Shown here piece after piece: positions 53,456-63,203 of a DNA stretch of 64,000 nucleotides. The stretch spans positions 2,101-66,100 of the forward strand of contig JBBROU010000007.1 in the NCBI GenBank assembly GCA_038229055.1, in the 5' to 3' direction. The notes under the pieces were generated by a model that was not told the origin of the DNA, searched no databases, and was given only the letters and a program-made list of their open reading frames with translations. Both the position numbers and the translations under genes were made by a program. Within the stretch, counting starts at the first letter, position 1. Every line of letters begins with the position of its first letter. The stretch comes from Bryobacterales bacterium. GTDB lineage: Bacteria; Acidobacteriota; Terriglobia; Bryobacterales; Bryobacteraceae.

Positions 53456-53929
53456 TCAGCCAGGGCGCATCTCCGGAACCGGCTCACCCGGGCTAAACAG
53501 CGAGATCCCGAATTTTCGGGCAAGGCTTTCCAGTTCCGCGCGATGAAAACCATCCCCGGCCCACTCAATTTTCCCGTCGGCACCGACAAGGAACAAGGAG
53601 GGCACCGCCGTGATGCCGTAGGCATTGCTCGCAGGATAACCATCGCTTGCCTGATCGAGCAGGGTCGGGATGGTGATTCCAAACTCCTGGTTGAATTCCA
53701 GAGTGGGGCTGCGCTTATCCTGCGAGATGGCGAACACTCGCGGCGACCCTTCCGATTCCGCCTGATGCAGCCGTTCCAGAAACGGCAAGGTGAACTGGCA
53801 GGTGGGGCATAAGATCTTGAAAAACACCAGCAGCACCGGGCCGCCCCGCGGAAGTTCCTCCGGCGAATGCGGTTTCTGGTCGAGGTCCGTCAGTACGAAT
53901 GAAGCAGCTACATCGCCGCGTTCCAGCAT
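53456..53929 (-). CDS. thioredoxin-fold protein (TlpA/peroxiredoxin-like)
   Basis: LLVFFKILCPTCQFTLPFL contains a CxxC motif in thioredoxin-fold context. 157 aa. Confidence 0.75.
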   Translation of the reverse strand: MLERGDVAASFVLTDLDQKPHSPEELPRGGPVLLVFFKILCPTCQFTLPFLERLHQAESEGSPRVFAISQDKRSPTLEFNQEFGITIPTLLDQASDGYPASNAYGITAVPSLFLVGADGKIEWAGDGFHRAELESLARKFGISLFSPGEPVPEMRPG

Positions 53930-54062
53930 ATTTCCAGTTTACCGATGCTGCCATAATATTGGCATGGACAAAACGGTCCGCACCTATTCCAGCTTGAAGG
54001 AGATGAAGGCGGACGAATATCGATACTGGCAAAGCCGGCCTGTGCACGAAAGAAGTTAGATT

Positions 54063-55695
54063 TCACTTTCCGCGCGCCGCCGCAAGATATTCATTCACGC
54101 GTTCCTCGAGTACATCCAGCGGAATCGATCCTCCGCTCAAAACCAGGTCGTAAAATTCGCGAATCCGAAACTTCGGCCCCAGCACCCGTTCCGCTTTCGT
54201 TCGCAGTTCTCTAAACTTCAGTTCGCCAATCTTATAGCCCAGCGCCTGCATTCCCGTATCGACCACCAGCCGGCATGCGCGCCACATTTCGTAACTCAAT
54301 TGCCCGAAGCGCGAATACGCATCTTTATAAAGCCCGAGCTCCTGCCCGAGGCTCTCGGCGTACAATCCCCAGCCTTCGCTGAACGCGATAATATACGCGT
54401 TCTTCCGCATCCGCGGCAGACTATCCAACTCATGGGCAAGGGAAAATTGCAGATGATGTCCCGGCACCGCTTCATGCAGCGTCAACGCTTCCATTTCATA
54501 CTTTGGGCGCGAATCGAGCTTGTAAGTATTCACGAGGAACATGCCCGGACGGCTGCCGTCCGCGGCCCCCTGCTGGTAGCGGGCCGTGGTTTCGGAAGGC
54601 GCCACGTGGGCCGGAACCGGCTCGACGCCATAGGTCAATCGCGGCAACTTCCCAAACAAGCGCGGCAGCTCAGGATCGATTCGCTTGCAGATATCGCGAT
54701 ACGCAGTAACCAGATCTTCTGTCTTCGTGAAATAGAACCGCGGGTCGGTTCGCAGGAAATGAACGTAGTCGGCGAAATCGTCTTTGAATCCGGTTTGCCG
54801 CATGGTTGCGAGCATCGCCGCGCGAATGCGCGCGACCTCGCGTGTGCCGATGTCGTGAATCTCTTGGGCCGTAAGATTTGTAGTGGTCATCACGCGCGCG
54901 CGGAATTGATACCAGGCCTTGCCATCCGGCAACGCGGAAGCCGCAATGTTTTCGCGGCAGTTCGGAATATAGTCGCGCACCAGGTATTCGCGAAAGCGGC
55001 GCAGCGACGGCACGACATGCGCGTCGACCTCCGAGGCGGCGGCGCGACGCAGCCTCTGCTGTTCGGCGGCGGGGATGCCCGCGGGAAATTCCTTGAACGG
55101 CTGCAAGAATGGGCTGTCCGCGGGCGCATGCCCGACGATGCTGTCGATCTGAGACGGCACATCACGCATCACAATGCGCGGCTGTGTGACATGCCGTTCC
55201 ACGCCCGTCCGCAACAGCGCGATGTTCTGCTCGATCAGCGCGGGGAGTGCGCGCAGCCGCGCGAGAATGTTCTCGTAATCCCGAACTGTATCGAGCGGAT
55301 TTTCGCCCAGAACAAAGATGGATTGCCGGTGCACTCCTTCGAACAGAGGATCCACGCGCAAGAGTTCATCCGGATATCGATCGGCTTCGATCTCCTGCAA
55401 GGTTTTACGGTTAAAAAGGGTGTAATTCAGCCGGTCGGCCGGCGAGAGCGCATCTACGTGAATCGATTCGAGCACACGCAGATTCTGGCGCGGATCCTCG
55501 CCTGCGCTCAATCGCGTCCGCGCTCCAATCGGTCCAGCGATCGTTCCCGCCCGGCGAGCCCTGGCTCGTGGCAAACTCCGGGAACTCTTTCAACTGCCAA
55601 GCGTAGTCGCCGGCGAAAAGATTCTGCGGCCGCGCGCCATCATCCGCCGCAAGCAGAGCTCCGGCATAGAGCACCAACGCCCAAGCAACTCTCAT
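54063..55695 (-). pseudogene. DUF885 family protein interrupted by a frameshift near 55480-55520
   Basis: The N-terminal part (signal peptide MRVAWALVLYAGALLA, then …YAWQLKEFPEFATSQG…NDRWTDWSADAIERR) is in the frame of ORF 55411-55872. The rest (…LSPADRLNYTLF… to …HEAVPGHHLQ…) is in the frame of ORF 54063-55574. The two frames overlap over 55411-55574. Confidence 0.7.
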
Positions 55696-55706
55696 CCAAC
55701 CGGAAA

Positions 55707-56207
55707 TCACTCGCCGATTACCGGCTCGAATACTTCTTGGGGCCGCGGCCTCAGCGCTTTGTTGCGCATGAGCAATCGCGCGCAGGTATTCCATCGCAAT
55801 ATAGAATCGTCGTTTTCGGCGGGCCTCAGTTGCTCGGCCCTTTCGTAAAGTTTCATCGCCTGCCCAAAACATTCGAACGCGCTGTAATCGGAGCCGTGAG
55901 TGGCCTGCCGCAGTTGTTGATGCCCGCTGCGCTCATGCACGATGCCGGCATAGTATGCGCGGTCGTATTCACTTGCCAGCCGGGTGACCACGCCTTTGGC
56001 CCGCGATTCCGGCACACCCGCGCCAAACTGGTCCGTAAGCGCCAGCAGCAGGCCGCGCAACGCATCCTGATTCTCCGGATCGATACCAAGAATATCCTCG
56101 CAGATGCTCTCCGCCTGCCACGGTTCGTTCAGCAGACGATACCGTTCCACCTTCTCAAGTGCCTCCGGAATCGCATGTTTCGATATCGGCTTGAGCTGGA
56201 ACTGCAT
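55707..56207 (-). CDS. hypothetical helical protein downstream of sdhB
   Basis: 166-aa ORF, 9 nt after sdhB on the same strand, with balanced amino-acid composition. No family recognised. Confidence 0.5.
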   Translation of the reverse strand: MQFQLKPISKHAIPEALEKVERYRLLNEPWQAESICEDILGIDPENQDALRGLLLALTDQFGAGVPESRAKGVVTRLASEYDRAYYAGIVHERSGHQQLRQATHGSDYSAFECFGQAMKLYERAEQLRPAENDDSILRWNTCARLLMRNKALRPRPQEVFEPVIGE

Positions 56208-56216
56208 GGTCCCTCC

Positions 56217-56960
56217 TTATCCTTTATGCCTGCGGAACAGCTTCGCCAGTGGATCGAAAAATTGATCGACCACCCGCTCCTTCAAGGGAATAATCGCATT
56301 ATCGGTGATCGCGATGCTCTCCGGGCACACCTTCGCGCAGCACTTGGTGATGTTGCACAATCCGATGCCGTGCGTCTTGCGCAAATCGCCCACGCGGTCT
56401 TCCACATCGAGCGGATTCATTTCGAGCGCCGCCGCGTAAACCAGAAAGCGCGGGCCGATGAACTCACTGTGCATGTGGTGGTCGCGCAGCACATGGCAGA
56501 CATCCTGGCACAGAAAACATTCGATGCATTTGCGAAACTCCTGGACGCGGTCTACATCGTCCTGGCGCATACGCCAAGTGCCGTCGGGCGCATCGGCCGG
56601 CCGCGGACGAAACTTGCGGATGGTTTTCTTGACTTCGAAATTCCAAGAAACATCCGTTACCAGGTCGCGGATCAGCGGGAAGGCCTTCATCGGTTCCACC
56701 TTGACGGGCTTGTCAATCGGAATTTGATTTAAGCGCGTCATGCACATCAGGCGCGGCATTCCGTTGATCTCCGCTGAGCACGACCCGCACTTTCCCGCCT
56801 TGCAATTCCAGCGCACGGCCATGTCGCCCGCCTGTTCGGCCTGGATATGATGAATGGCGTCGAGCACCACCATTCCTTCAGTGACTCCGGTGGTGTAGTC
56901 GCGAAACTCGCCCGCATCGCGTGTTCCGCGCCAGATCCGAAACGTAGCCGTCGCGCTCAT
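56217..56960 (-). CDS. sdhB: succinate dehydrogenase/fumarate reductase iron-sulfur subunit
   Basis: [2Fe-2S] motif CKAGKCGSCS…C. CIECFLCQDVC and CNITKCCAKVCP cluster motifs. Confidence 0.95.
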   Translation of the reverse strand: MSATATFRIWRGTRDAGEFRDYTTGVTEGMVVLDAIHHIQAEQAGDMAVRWNCKAGKCGSCSAEINGMPRLMCMTRLNQIPIDKPVKVEPMKAFPLIRDLVTDVSWNFEVKKTIRKFRPRPADAPDGTWRMRQDDVDRVQEFRKCIECFLCQDVCHVLRDHHMHSEFIGPRFLVYAAALEMNPLDVEDRVGDLRKTHGIGLCNITKCCAKVCPESIAITDNAIIPLKERVVDQFFDPLAKLFRRHKG

Positions 56961-58768
56961 TTCATCTCCTCGATCACTTGCCGCATGTCCGGCGCCAGAG
57001 CGGGCAGCGGTTCGCGCCGCACTTCCATCGATCCATCCGCCTGCTTCCGAAGAACAATGTTGAACTTCGCCGCCTCAGCATCTTTCTCCGGATAGTCGTC
57101 ACGGAAATGCGCGCCGCGGCTCTCTTTGCGCTCAATGGCAGCGCGCGTGATGGCCTCGGACACAGTCAGCAGATTCTGTAGATCGAGCGCGGTGTGCCAT
57201 CCAGGATTGTATTCGCGGTTGCCCGGCACGCTCACTTTCGCGGCCAGTGCCCGCAAGTCCTCAAGACGATCGAGCGCGCGCTCCATCTCGTGTTGACGGC
57301 GCACAATGCCCACCAGATCCTGCATCATCTCCTGCAACTGGAATTGCACTTCGTAAGCTGCCGGCCCGCCGGTCCGCTCAAAAGGCGCGAGAGCCCACTG
57401 GGCGATCCGATCAAGCTGCCGCGGATCGATACTGCCGGTTCCGGCGTCTTTGGCGAACTGCGCGGCATGTTCGCCCGCACGCTTCCCAAAGACCAGCAAA
57501 TCCGAAAGTGAATTGCCGCCCAACCGATTCGCGCCATGCAGCCCCGCGGCACATTCGCCCGCCGCAAAGAGACCCGGCACATCCGACATCTGGGTATCGC
57601 CATTCACGCGCACGCCGCCCATGGCGTAATGCGTGGTCGGCCCGATCTCCATCGGCACTTGTGTAATGTCGATATCGGCAAGCTGTTTGAATTGGTGATA
57701 CATGCTCGGCAGCTTGCGTTTGATATATTCGGCCCCGTTCGGAATGCGCGATTTGATCCACGCGATATCCAGAAACACGCCGCCGTGCGGACTACCGCGG
57801 CCTTCGCGCACCTCGCGCATGATGCAGCGCGCAACGTGGTCGCGTGTGAGCAGTTCCGGCGGACGCCGCGCGTTCTTATCGCCTTGCGTATAACGCCAGC
57901 CCTCTTCCTCGTTATCGGCGGTCTGGGCGCGGTAGTTTTCCGGAATTTCGTCGAACATGAAGCGGCGGCCTTCGCTGTTGCGCAGCACGCCGCCTTCGCC
58001 GCGCACCCCCTCGGTCACCAGAATGCCACGCACGCTGGGCGGCCACACCATACCAGTAGGATGGAATTGGACGAACTCCATATCCATCAGGGCCGCTCCC
58101 GCGCGGTAGGCCAGCGATTGACCGTCGCCGGTATACTCCCAACTGTTACTGGTAATTTTGTAGGCGCGCCCGATGCCGCCGGTTGCGAGCACGATCGCCT
58201 TGGCGCGAAAAAGTTTGAACCGGCCGCGCTCGCGATCGTACCCGAACGCGCCCGCTACACGGCCGTCGCCGGTGAGCAGATCGAGCACCGTGCACTCCAT
58301 GTGCACGTCGACTCCCGTATGAATGCCGTGGTCTTGAAGCGTGCGGATCATCTCGAGGCCGGTGCGATCGCCGACGTGTGCGAGGCGCGGATATTTGTGG
58401 CCGCCGAAGTTGCGCTGCAGGATTTTGCCGTCTCGCGTGCGATCGAATAGCGCGCCCCAGGCTTCGAGTTCGCGAACGCGATCCGGCGCTTCCTTGGCGT
58501 GCAGTTCCGCCATGCGCGGATTGTTCAAGTACTGGCCTCCACGCATCGTATCGGCGAAATGGACGCGCCAGTTGTCGCGATCGTCCACGTTGCCTAGCGC
58601 TGCCGCGACGCCGCCTTCCGCCATCACGGTGTGCGCTTTGCCGAGCAGCGATTTGCAAACCAGGCCGACGCGAACGCCCGCCGCGGACGCCTCAATGGCT
58701 GCCCGCAAGCCGGCGCCGCCAGCGCCGATCACCAGAACATCGTGTTCAACCGTTTCGAATTCCGCCAC
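56957..58768 (-). CDS. sdhA: succinate dehydrogenase/fumarate reductase flavoprotein subunit
   Basis: HDVLVIGAGGAGLRAAIEA (FAD motif), HTVMAEGG, QFHPTG, GLFAAGECA…GLHGANRLGGNSL. The GTG at 58768 overlaps the sdhC stop (TAGTG). The longer ORF to 58894 lies inside sdhC. Confidence 0.95.
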   Translation of the reverse strand: MAEFETVEHDVLVIGAGGAGLRAAIEASAAGVRVGLVCKSLLGKAHTVMAEGGVAAALGNVDDRDNWRVHFADTMRGGQYLNNPRMAELHAKEAPDRVRELEAWGALFDRTRDGKILQRNFGGHKYPRLAHVGDRTGLEMIRTLQDHGIHTGVDVHMECTVLDLLTGDGRVAGAFGYDRERGRFKLFRAKAIVLATGGIGRAYKITSNSWEYTGDGQSLAYRAGAALMDMEFVQFHPTGMVWPPSVRGILVTEGVRGEGGVLRNSEGRRFMFDEIPENYRAQTADNEEEGWRYTQGDKNARRPPELLTRDHVARCIMREVREGRGSPHGGVFLDIAWIKSRIPNGAEYIKRKLPSMYHQFKQLADIDITQVPMEIGPTTHYAMGGVRVNGDTQMSDVPGLFAAGECAAGLHGANRLGGNSLSDLLVFGKRAGEHAAQFAKDAGTGSIDPRQLDRIAQWALAPFERTGGPAAYEVQFQLQEMMQDLVGIVRRQHEMERALDRLEDLRALAAKVSVPGNREYNPGWHTALDLQNLLTVSEAITRAAIERKESRGAHFRDDYPEKDAEAAKFNIVLRKQADGSMEVRREPLPALAPDMRQVIEEMK

Positions 58769-59553
58769 TAGAAGATTCTCCAATCTGTCCAGATGCCCAT
58801 CGAACACATCCTCACATACAGATCGGAGAAGGCGACCGAAAACAAGCTCAGCCACGCGAAGCGCATGTGGCGGCAGTTGAGGCTGCTGACGCAATCATAG
58901 GCGTGCTTGCGCGCGGGCGATCCGGACAGACGGTCGCTGAAGCCTCCAATCAGATGCCTTAGCGAATGACAGCCCAGCGTGTAACATCCCAACAAAATTA
59001 CGTTAGCCAGAAGCACAAGAGTTCCTACTCCTATGCCGAAACCATTGTTGAACCACGTGGCCTTCCAAACGTCGTGCGCCAGTAAGACCAGAAAAATCAG
59101 GGCAAGGTACAAGAAATAGCGATGAATATTTTGAATAATCAGCGGAAACGAACGCTCGCCCAAATAGCGTTTCCGGGGTTCGCCGACGGTGCATGACGGC
59201 GGGTCGGCCCAGAAGGCTTTGTAATACGCTCCGCGGTAGTAATAACAGGTAAACCGGAACCCGCCCGGCGCCCACAAAATCAGCAGCGCGCCGGTAAACG
59301 GCAGCCAGGCTGGAATCCAAGCCGGCTTCGCGCCGAACCACGCGTGCTGCGCGTCACCCAAGATTTCGGGCGAATAAAACGGGGAAATATACGGACCGAA
59401 GCGGTAATGCTCGCCCTGAAACGCGGCCCACGTGGCATAAACGATGAAGGTCCCCAGGCCTAGGAATACGACAGCAGGCTGAATCCACCAGAGGTCCGGG
59501 CGCGACGTAGACCCGAACCGCCCCTGCACGAGCGGCACATCAATCTGCGGCAT
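58768..59553 (-). CDS. sdhC: succinate dehydrogenase cytochrome b subunit (single large b-type anchor)
   Basis: ~5 TM helices with conserved His residues. Located immediately upstream of sdhA-sdhB. Confidence 0.8.
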   Translation of the reverse strand: MPQIDVPLVQGRFGSTSRPDLWWIQPAVVFLGLGTFIVYATWAAFQGEHYRFGPYISPFYSPEILGDAQHAWFGAKPAWIPAWLPFTGALLILWAPGGFRFTCYYYRGAYYKAFWADPPSCTVGEPRKRYLGERSFPLIIQNIHRYFLYLALIFLVLLAHDVWKATWFNNGFGIGVGTLVLLANVILLGCYTLGCHSLRHLIGGFSDRLSGSPARKHAYDCVSSLNCRHMRFAWLSLFSVAFSDLYVRMCSMGIWTDWRIF

Positions 59554-59604
59554 AGACGCAACGTTATATAAGCGCGCGGCCCTGCGTCAAGTTATGGAGC
59601 GATT

Positions 59605-60051
59605 TCAGGCCGGGTAACGACCGGAAATATATTGGTTCAGTTGGTCGATGGTGTGCGCCTGCGTTGAGATTACCGCCTTCACCAGGTCGCCAATCGAAAC
59701 CAGGCCGACGATCCTGCCGCCGTCCATCACGGGGACGTGCCGGATGTGTTGGGCCGTCATGATCTGCATGCAGTCCTCAATCGATCGGTCCGGCGTCACC
59801 GTGATGACGGGGCTCGTCATGATTTCGCCAACCGTCGTCTCCTTCGACGACTTACCTTTCAGCATCACCTTGCGCGCATAGTCGCGCTCGGAAACGATGC
59901 CGACGAGTTCTTCGCGATCGACGACCAAAAGCGCACCGATACTCTTGGCCGCCATGGTGGCGATCGCGTCGTATACCGAAGTATCAGAGGATACGGACCA
60001 GATTTTTCGATCCTTGTGTTCGAGGATTGAAACGAGCGATTCCGTCATCAT
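59605..60051 (-). CDS. CBS domain pair protein
   Basis: Two CBS repeats (…VYDAIATMAAKSIGALLVVD…, …IMTAQHIRHVPVMDGGRIVGLVSIGDL). Confidence 0.85.
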   Translation of the reverse strand: MMTESLVSILEHKDRKIWSVSSDTSVYDAIATMAAKSIGALLVVDREELVGIVSERDYARKVMLKGKSSKETTVGEIMTSPVITVTPDRSIEDCMQIMTAQHIRHVPVMDGGRIVGLVSIGDLVKAVISTQAHTIDQLNQYISGRYPA

Positions 60052-60103
60052 AAACAGTTCCTTTCCGACAGATCGGTCGAGATCATATCAAAACGGGCGA
60101 GGT

Positions 60104-61000
60104 TTAACCCACTACATCGCGCAAGGCGGCGCGAATTTCCGGGAAGGTGAATTTGAAACCCGCCGCCTCCGCCGCTTTCGGCAACACACGCTGGCTGCTC
60201 AGCATTACTTCCGCCATCTCGCCGAACATCAATTTCAGGCCTAGCTTCGGCACCGGAAGTATCGCCGGCCGGTGCAGCGCGCCGGACATCGCTTCGGTGA
60301 ACTTCGCGTTGGTCACCGGTTCCGGCGACGCTCCGTTGAACACGCCCGCAACTTCGTTCTGCAGTGCGAAGCGCATCAGCGCGACCAGATCGCTGGCGTG
60401 AATCCAAGGCATCCACTGTTTCCCGGATCCGAGTTTTCCCCCGACACCGGCGCGAAACGGCGGCAGCATCTGCTTCAGCGCGCCGCCATCTTTCCCCAGC
60501 ACCACTGAGATGCGGATCTTTACAACGCGCATGCCCAGCGCCGCTGCGCCGTCGGCTTCCTTCTCCCATTGCTGGCAGACCTCGGCCAGAAAACCGCGCC
60601 CCGGCCCCGCCTGCTCCGTCAAAATTTCTTCGCCGCGATCGCCATAATATCCCACAGCCGATGCGCACACCAGAATCGAAGGGCGATGCCGCACCTTGCC
60701 TAATGCGCTGACCAGATGCCGGGTCCCCAGTACGCGCGTGTCCCGAATTTTTTTCTTCACTTCCGGATTCCAGCGCTGGCTTACAGGCTCGCCGGCCAGA
60801 TGGATTACCGCGTCGAAGTCGTTCAAGCTCTCTTCCGCGGGCTCGCCGCCAACCGTGTCCCAGTAGAAAGAGCCCACAGCCGCGCGCGTTTCCTGCCCCG
60901 GGTTCCGGCTCCATACCGAAACATAGTGGTCGTCTTTCAACAACGAATCCACCAACTTTCGCCCGATAAATCCGCTTCCGCCTGAGATGATGCACTTCAT
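60104..61000 (-). CDS. TIGR01777 (YfcH-like) epimerase-family protein with DUF1731
   Basis: MKCIISGGSGFIGRKL…, VIHLAGEPV. C-terminal …SQRVLPKAAEAAGFKFTFPEI. Confidence 0.85.
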   Translation of the reverse strand: MKCIISGGSGFIGRKLVDSLLKDDHYVSVWSRNPGQETRAAVGSFYWDTVGGEPAEESLNDFDAVIHLAGEPVSQRWNPEVKKKIRDTRVLGTRHLVSALGKVRHRPSILVCASAVGYYGDRGEEILTEQAGPGRGFLAEVCQQWEKEADGAAALGMRVVKIRISVVLGKDGGALKQMLPPFRAGVGGKLGSGKQWMPWIHASDLVALMRFALQNEVAGVFNGASPEPVTNAKFTEAMSGALHRPAILPVPKLGLKLMFGEMAEVMLSSQRVLPKAAEAAGFKFTFPEIRAALRDVVG

Positions 61001-62427
61001 ATTCGATAATCGTCTTTCCCGGTTCGCTCCATGGCAGCGATCTCTTCAATATATGCGGCAACGTCGGTTTTGCGCTGCATGCCCGCAAGGGACATATAGC
61101 GCAAGCTCCCGAAAATCGGACGCGTTCCCCATGGCCGGTCGTGCAGTCCGAAGCACCAGAGGATGTTCGTGTAGGTATTCGGATCGCGGCCATCGAGGGC
61201 GTAGCGGTCATGCAGATAGATCATGGTCGCCAGGGCTTCTTCGTAACTGGCCGTCCACTCGATAATCTTCTTGCCCCAATACATGCGGTAATAGCCGTGG
61301 ATCTTGCCGCGCAGCAGCAGTTCTTTCTGGGTGGCGTTCCAGAGTGCGTCATAGGTCTCGGCACGCTCGAGTTGCTCGCGCGCATAGACCGGATCGCGCG
61401 CATCGCCCGCATGCTGCCGCATGGTCGCCTTCGCCCAATCGGGAAGCACGTCCAGCGCTTCCGGATCTGCAACCCATCGCGTAAAATTGAAGGCCAGCTC
61501 GCGCCGCACAATCAATTCTTCCAGGAATGCGCCGGCATTCAAGTCGTGCTCGGCCGCGTAATCCTTGGCACGCAACGCGATCTCGAGAGACGAGATCTGC
61601 CCGAAGTGCAGATACGGGCTTAGGTTCGAAGTGACGTGATTGCTGGGTTCGTTGCGACCGTCATCGTAGTTCTTTAAGCCGTGTTCCAGAAAATGCGCGA
61701 GCAGTTTCTCCGCTGCAAGTCTGCCACCTTCGTAGGCGATCGATGGCCGGACGGAATGGTCGATGTCGCAGCTAGCCACCAGTTCGGGAACATTCTCTGG
61801 GGTGACCTCGGTGTGAAACTCCGGAGGCTTTCCGCGCCAGCGCACCGTGGCGGCGGTTCGCTCCAGCGGGATCAAATACGCGGGCAGCATCTTGCGAATT
61901 TTCGGACGGATGGTATATGCCGCGTACTCTCGCTTCTCATACCGGCTCATCGGAACGATGCAACTGGAGTCCACGGCGAAGTAAGCCACGCCGATTTTGC
62001 CCGGCACTCGCGCGTTGTGCGCGGCGGCTATGAACGCCGGATAATCGTCCGTGACCACTATCGCGGCGTGCCCGGCCAATCGATAGAGCACGTCATTCGC
62101 GTCAGATTTTCGCCGGCGCAAGTAGAACGCATACCCAATGCCGCGCGCCGCCAGACGCTTCCGCGTCTCCGGCACGCCCTGCAGAATGAAAGTATGCAGC
62201 CGGTCATTGGCGTACGGGTAAGTGCAAGTCAGACCCTCATAGAAAAGCACCGGCAGTGCACGCTCATTGGCAAGTTGAATCGCATATTCGAGCGCATGAT
62301 TGGAATCCACGCGCCGGTTCATCTGCGACCAATAAAGAACGTAGGAAGCCCCTTCGCGCTCGGGCGCGTCGTTCAACTTGCGAACGCGGTCTTTCAAACT
62401 GTCGCTTCCACGTGACTCGCCGGCCAA
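60997..62427 (-). CDS. deoxyribodipyrimidine photolyase, class II
   Basis: YVLYWSQMNRRVDSNHALEYAI…, NLSPYLHFGQIS, GKIHGYYRMYWGKKIIEW, NILWCFGLHDRPW are typical class II CPD photolyase blocks. Confidence 0.9.
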   Translation of the reverse strand: MAGESRGSDSLKDRVRKLNDAPEREGASYVLYWSQMNRRVDSNHALEYAIQLANERALPVLFYEGLTCTYPYANDRLHTFILQGVPETRKRLAARGIGYAFYLRRRKSDANDVLYRLAGHAAIVVTDDYPAFIAAAHNARVPGKIGVAYFAVDSSCIVPMSRYEKREYAAYTIRPKIRKMLPAYLIPLERTAATVRWRGKPPEFHTEVTPENVPELVASCDIDHSVRPSIAYEGGRLAAEKLLAHFLEHGLKNYDDGRNEPSNHVTSNLSPYLHFGQISSLEIALRAKDYAAEHDLNAGAFLEELIVRRELAFNFTRWVADPEALDVLPDWAKATMRQHAGDARDPVYAREQLERAETYDALWNATQKELLLRGKIHGYYRMYWGKKIIEWTASYEEALATMIYLHDRYALDGRDPNTYTNILWCFGLHDRPWGTRPIFGSLRYMSLAGMQRKTDVAAYIEEIAAMERTGKDDYRI

Positions 62428-63203
62428 ACTACACGCAGAAACGTGCTGGCCCGTTGAGGGAGGACCTGCACTTCCGACGCGGGATCAATCTTCCACACCT
62501 GCCCTTGCAGATACTCCTGGTCCTCAATCGCGCCGCAACCTGACAGCACAATTAACAACTCCCCGGCTACCCGGAATTCGCCGCTAAACGTCAGACGCTC
62601 GGTACGGAAATAAGGCGACTCCACCAGCAACTCCCGCCCCGGCTCCAGCGGCACTGGCGTAATCGCACCGGGATGCTCCCGACGGAGTAATGCCACGTCA
62701 AGCGATTTCTCGATGTGCAGTTCACGCCCACGCCCGTAATCGAACAGCCGGTACGTCACGTCGGAATTCTGCTGGATCTCACAGAGGCTGATGCCCGCAC
62801 CGATCGCGTGGATTACGCCGGCAGGGATATAAAAAGTGTCCCCCGCGCGGACCGGAATCCAGAGCAGCAGATCCATAATGGCGCCACTGAGCGCCGCATC
62901 GCGCAACTCGTCTTCACTGACGGGGCGCACCAGACCGAGCGCAATCCGCGCGCCCGCTTCCGCCGTGAGAATGTGCCACATCTCGGTCTTGCCGGCGGAA
63001 CCCTCGTGCTCCCGCGCATAATCATCTTCGGGATGCACCTGCACCGAAAGGTCTCCCGTGGTGAAGAGGAACTTTACCAGCACTTGGGGCGTGGGAAACC
63101 ACACCTCGCCGGTCAACTCCGGCGTATCCCGAAACCATGGTTCCAGATGGCTTGCGCCCCAAACTCTTTCGTGGAAGACCGGATTGATCGGTTCCGGTTT
63201 CAC
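62394..63203 (-). CDS. manA: class I mannose-6-phosphate isomerase (short type)
   Basis: ERVWG…, LSVQVHPED, GKTEMWHIL, GDTFYIPAGVIHAIG. The GTG at 63203 overlaps the upstream stop (GTGA). The longer ORF to 63440 lies inside the aminotransferase gene. Confidence 0.8.
   Translation of the reverse strand: MKPEPINPVFHERVWGASHLEPWFRDTPELTGEVWFPTPQVLVKFLFTTGDLSVQVHPEDDYAREHEGSAGKTEMWHILTAEAGARIALGLVRPVSEDELRDAALSGAIMDLLLWIPVRAGDTFYIPAGVIHAIGAGISLCEIQQNSDVTYRLFDYGRGRELHIEKSLDVALLRREHPGAITPVPLEPGRELLVESPYFRTERLTFSGEFRVAGELLIVLSGCGAIEDQEYLQGQVWKIDPASEVQVLPQRASTFLRVVWPASHVEATV

Noticed and set aside
53964-54059. 32-aa ORF MDKTVRTYSSLKEMKADEYRYWQSRPVHERS
   Set aside because: It resembles the first helix of a small protein family common in soil bacteria (…EEAD.A…YW.S.TP.ER…) but stops after 32 codons. 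It is probably a gene remnant or chance ORF, and too short to support as a feature.
54300-56732. Very long (810 aa) plus-strand ORF spanning the DUF885 gene, the 166-aa gene and part of sdhB
   Set aside because: It is antisense to three well-supported genes. Its composition is dominated by Arg/Ala/Leu/His with no recognisable motifs. This is typical of stop-free antisense frames in high-GC DNA.
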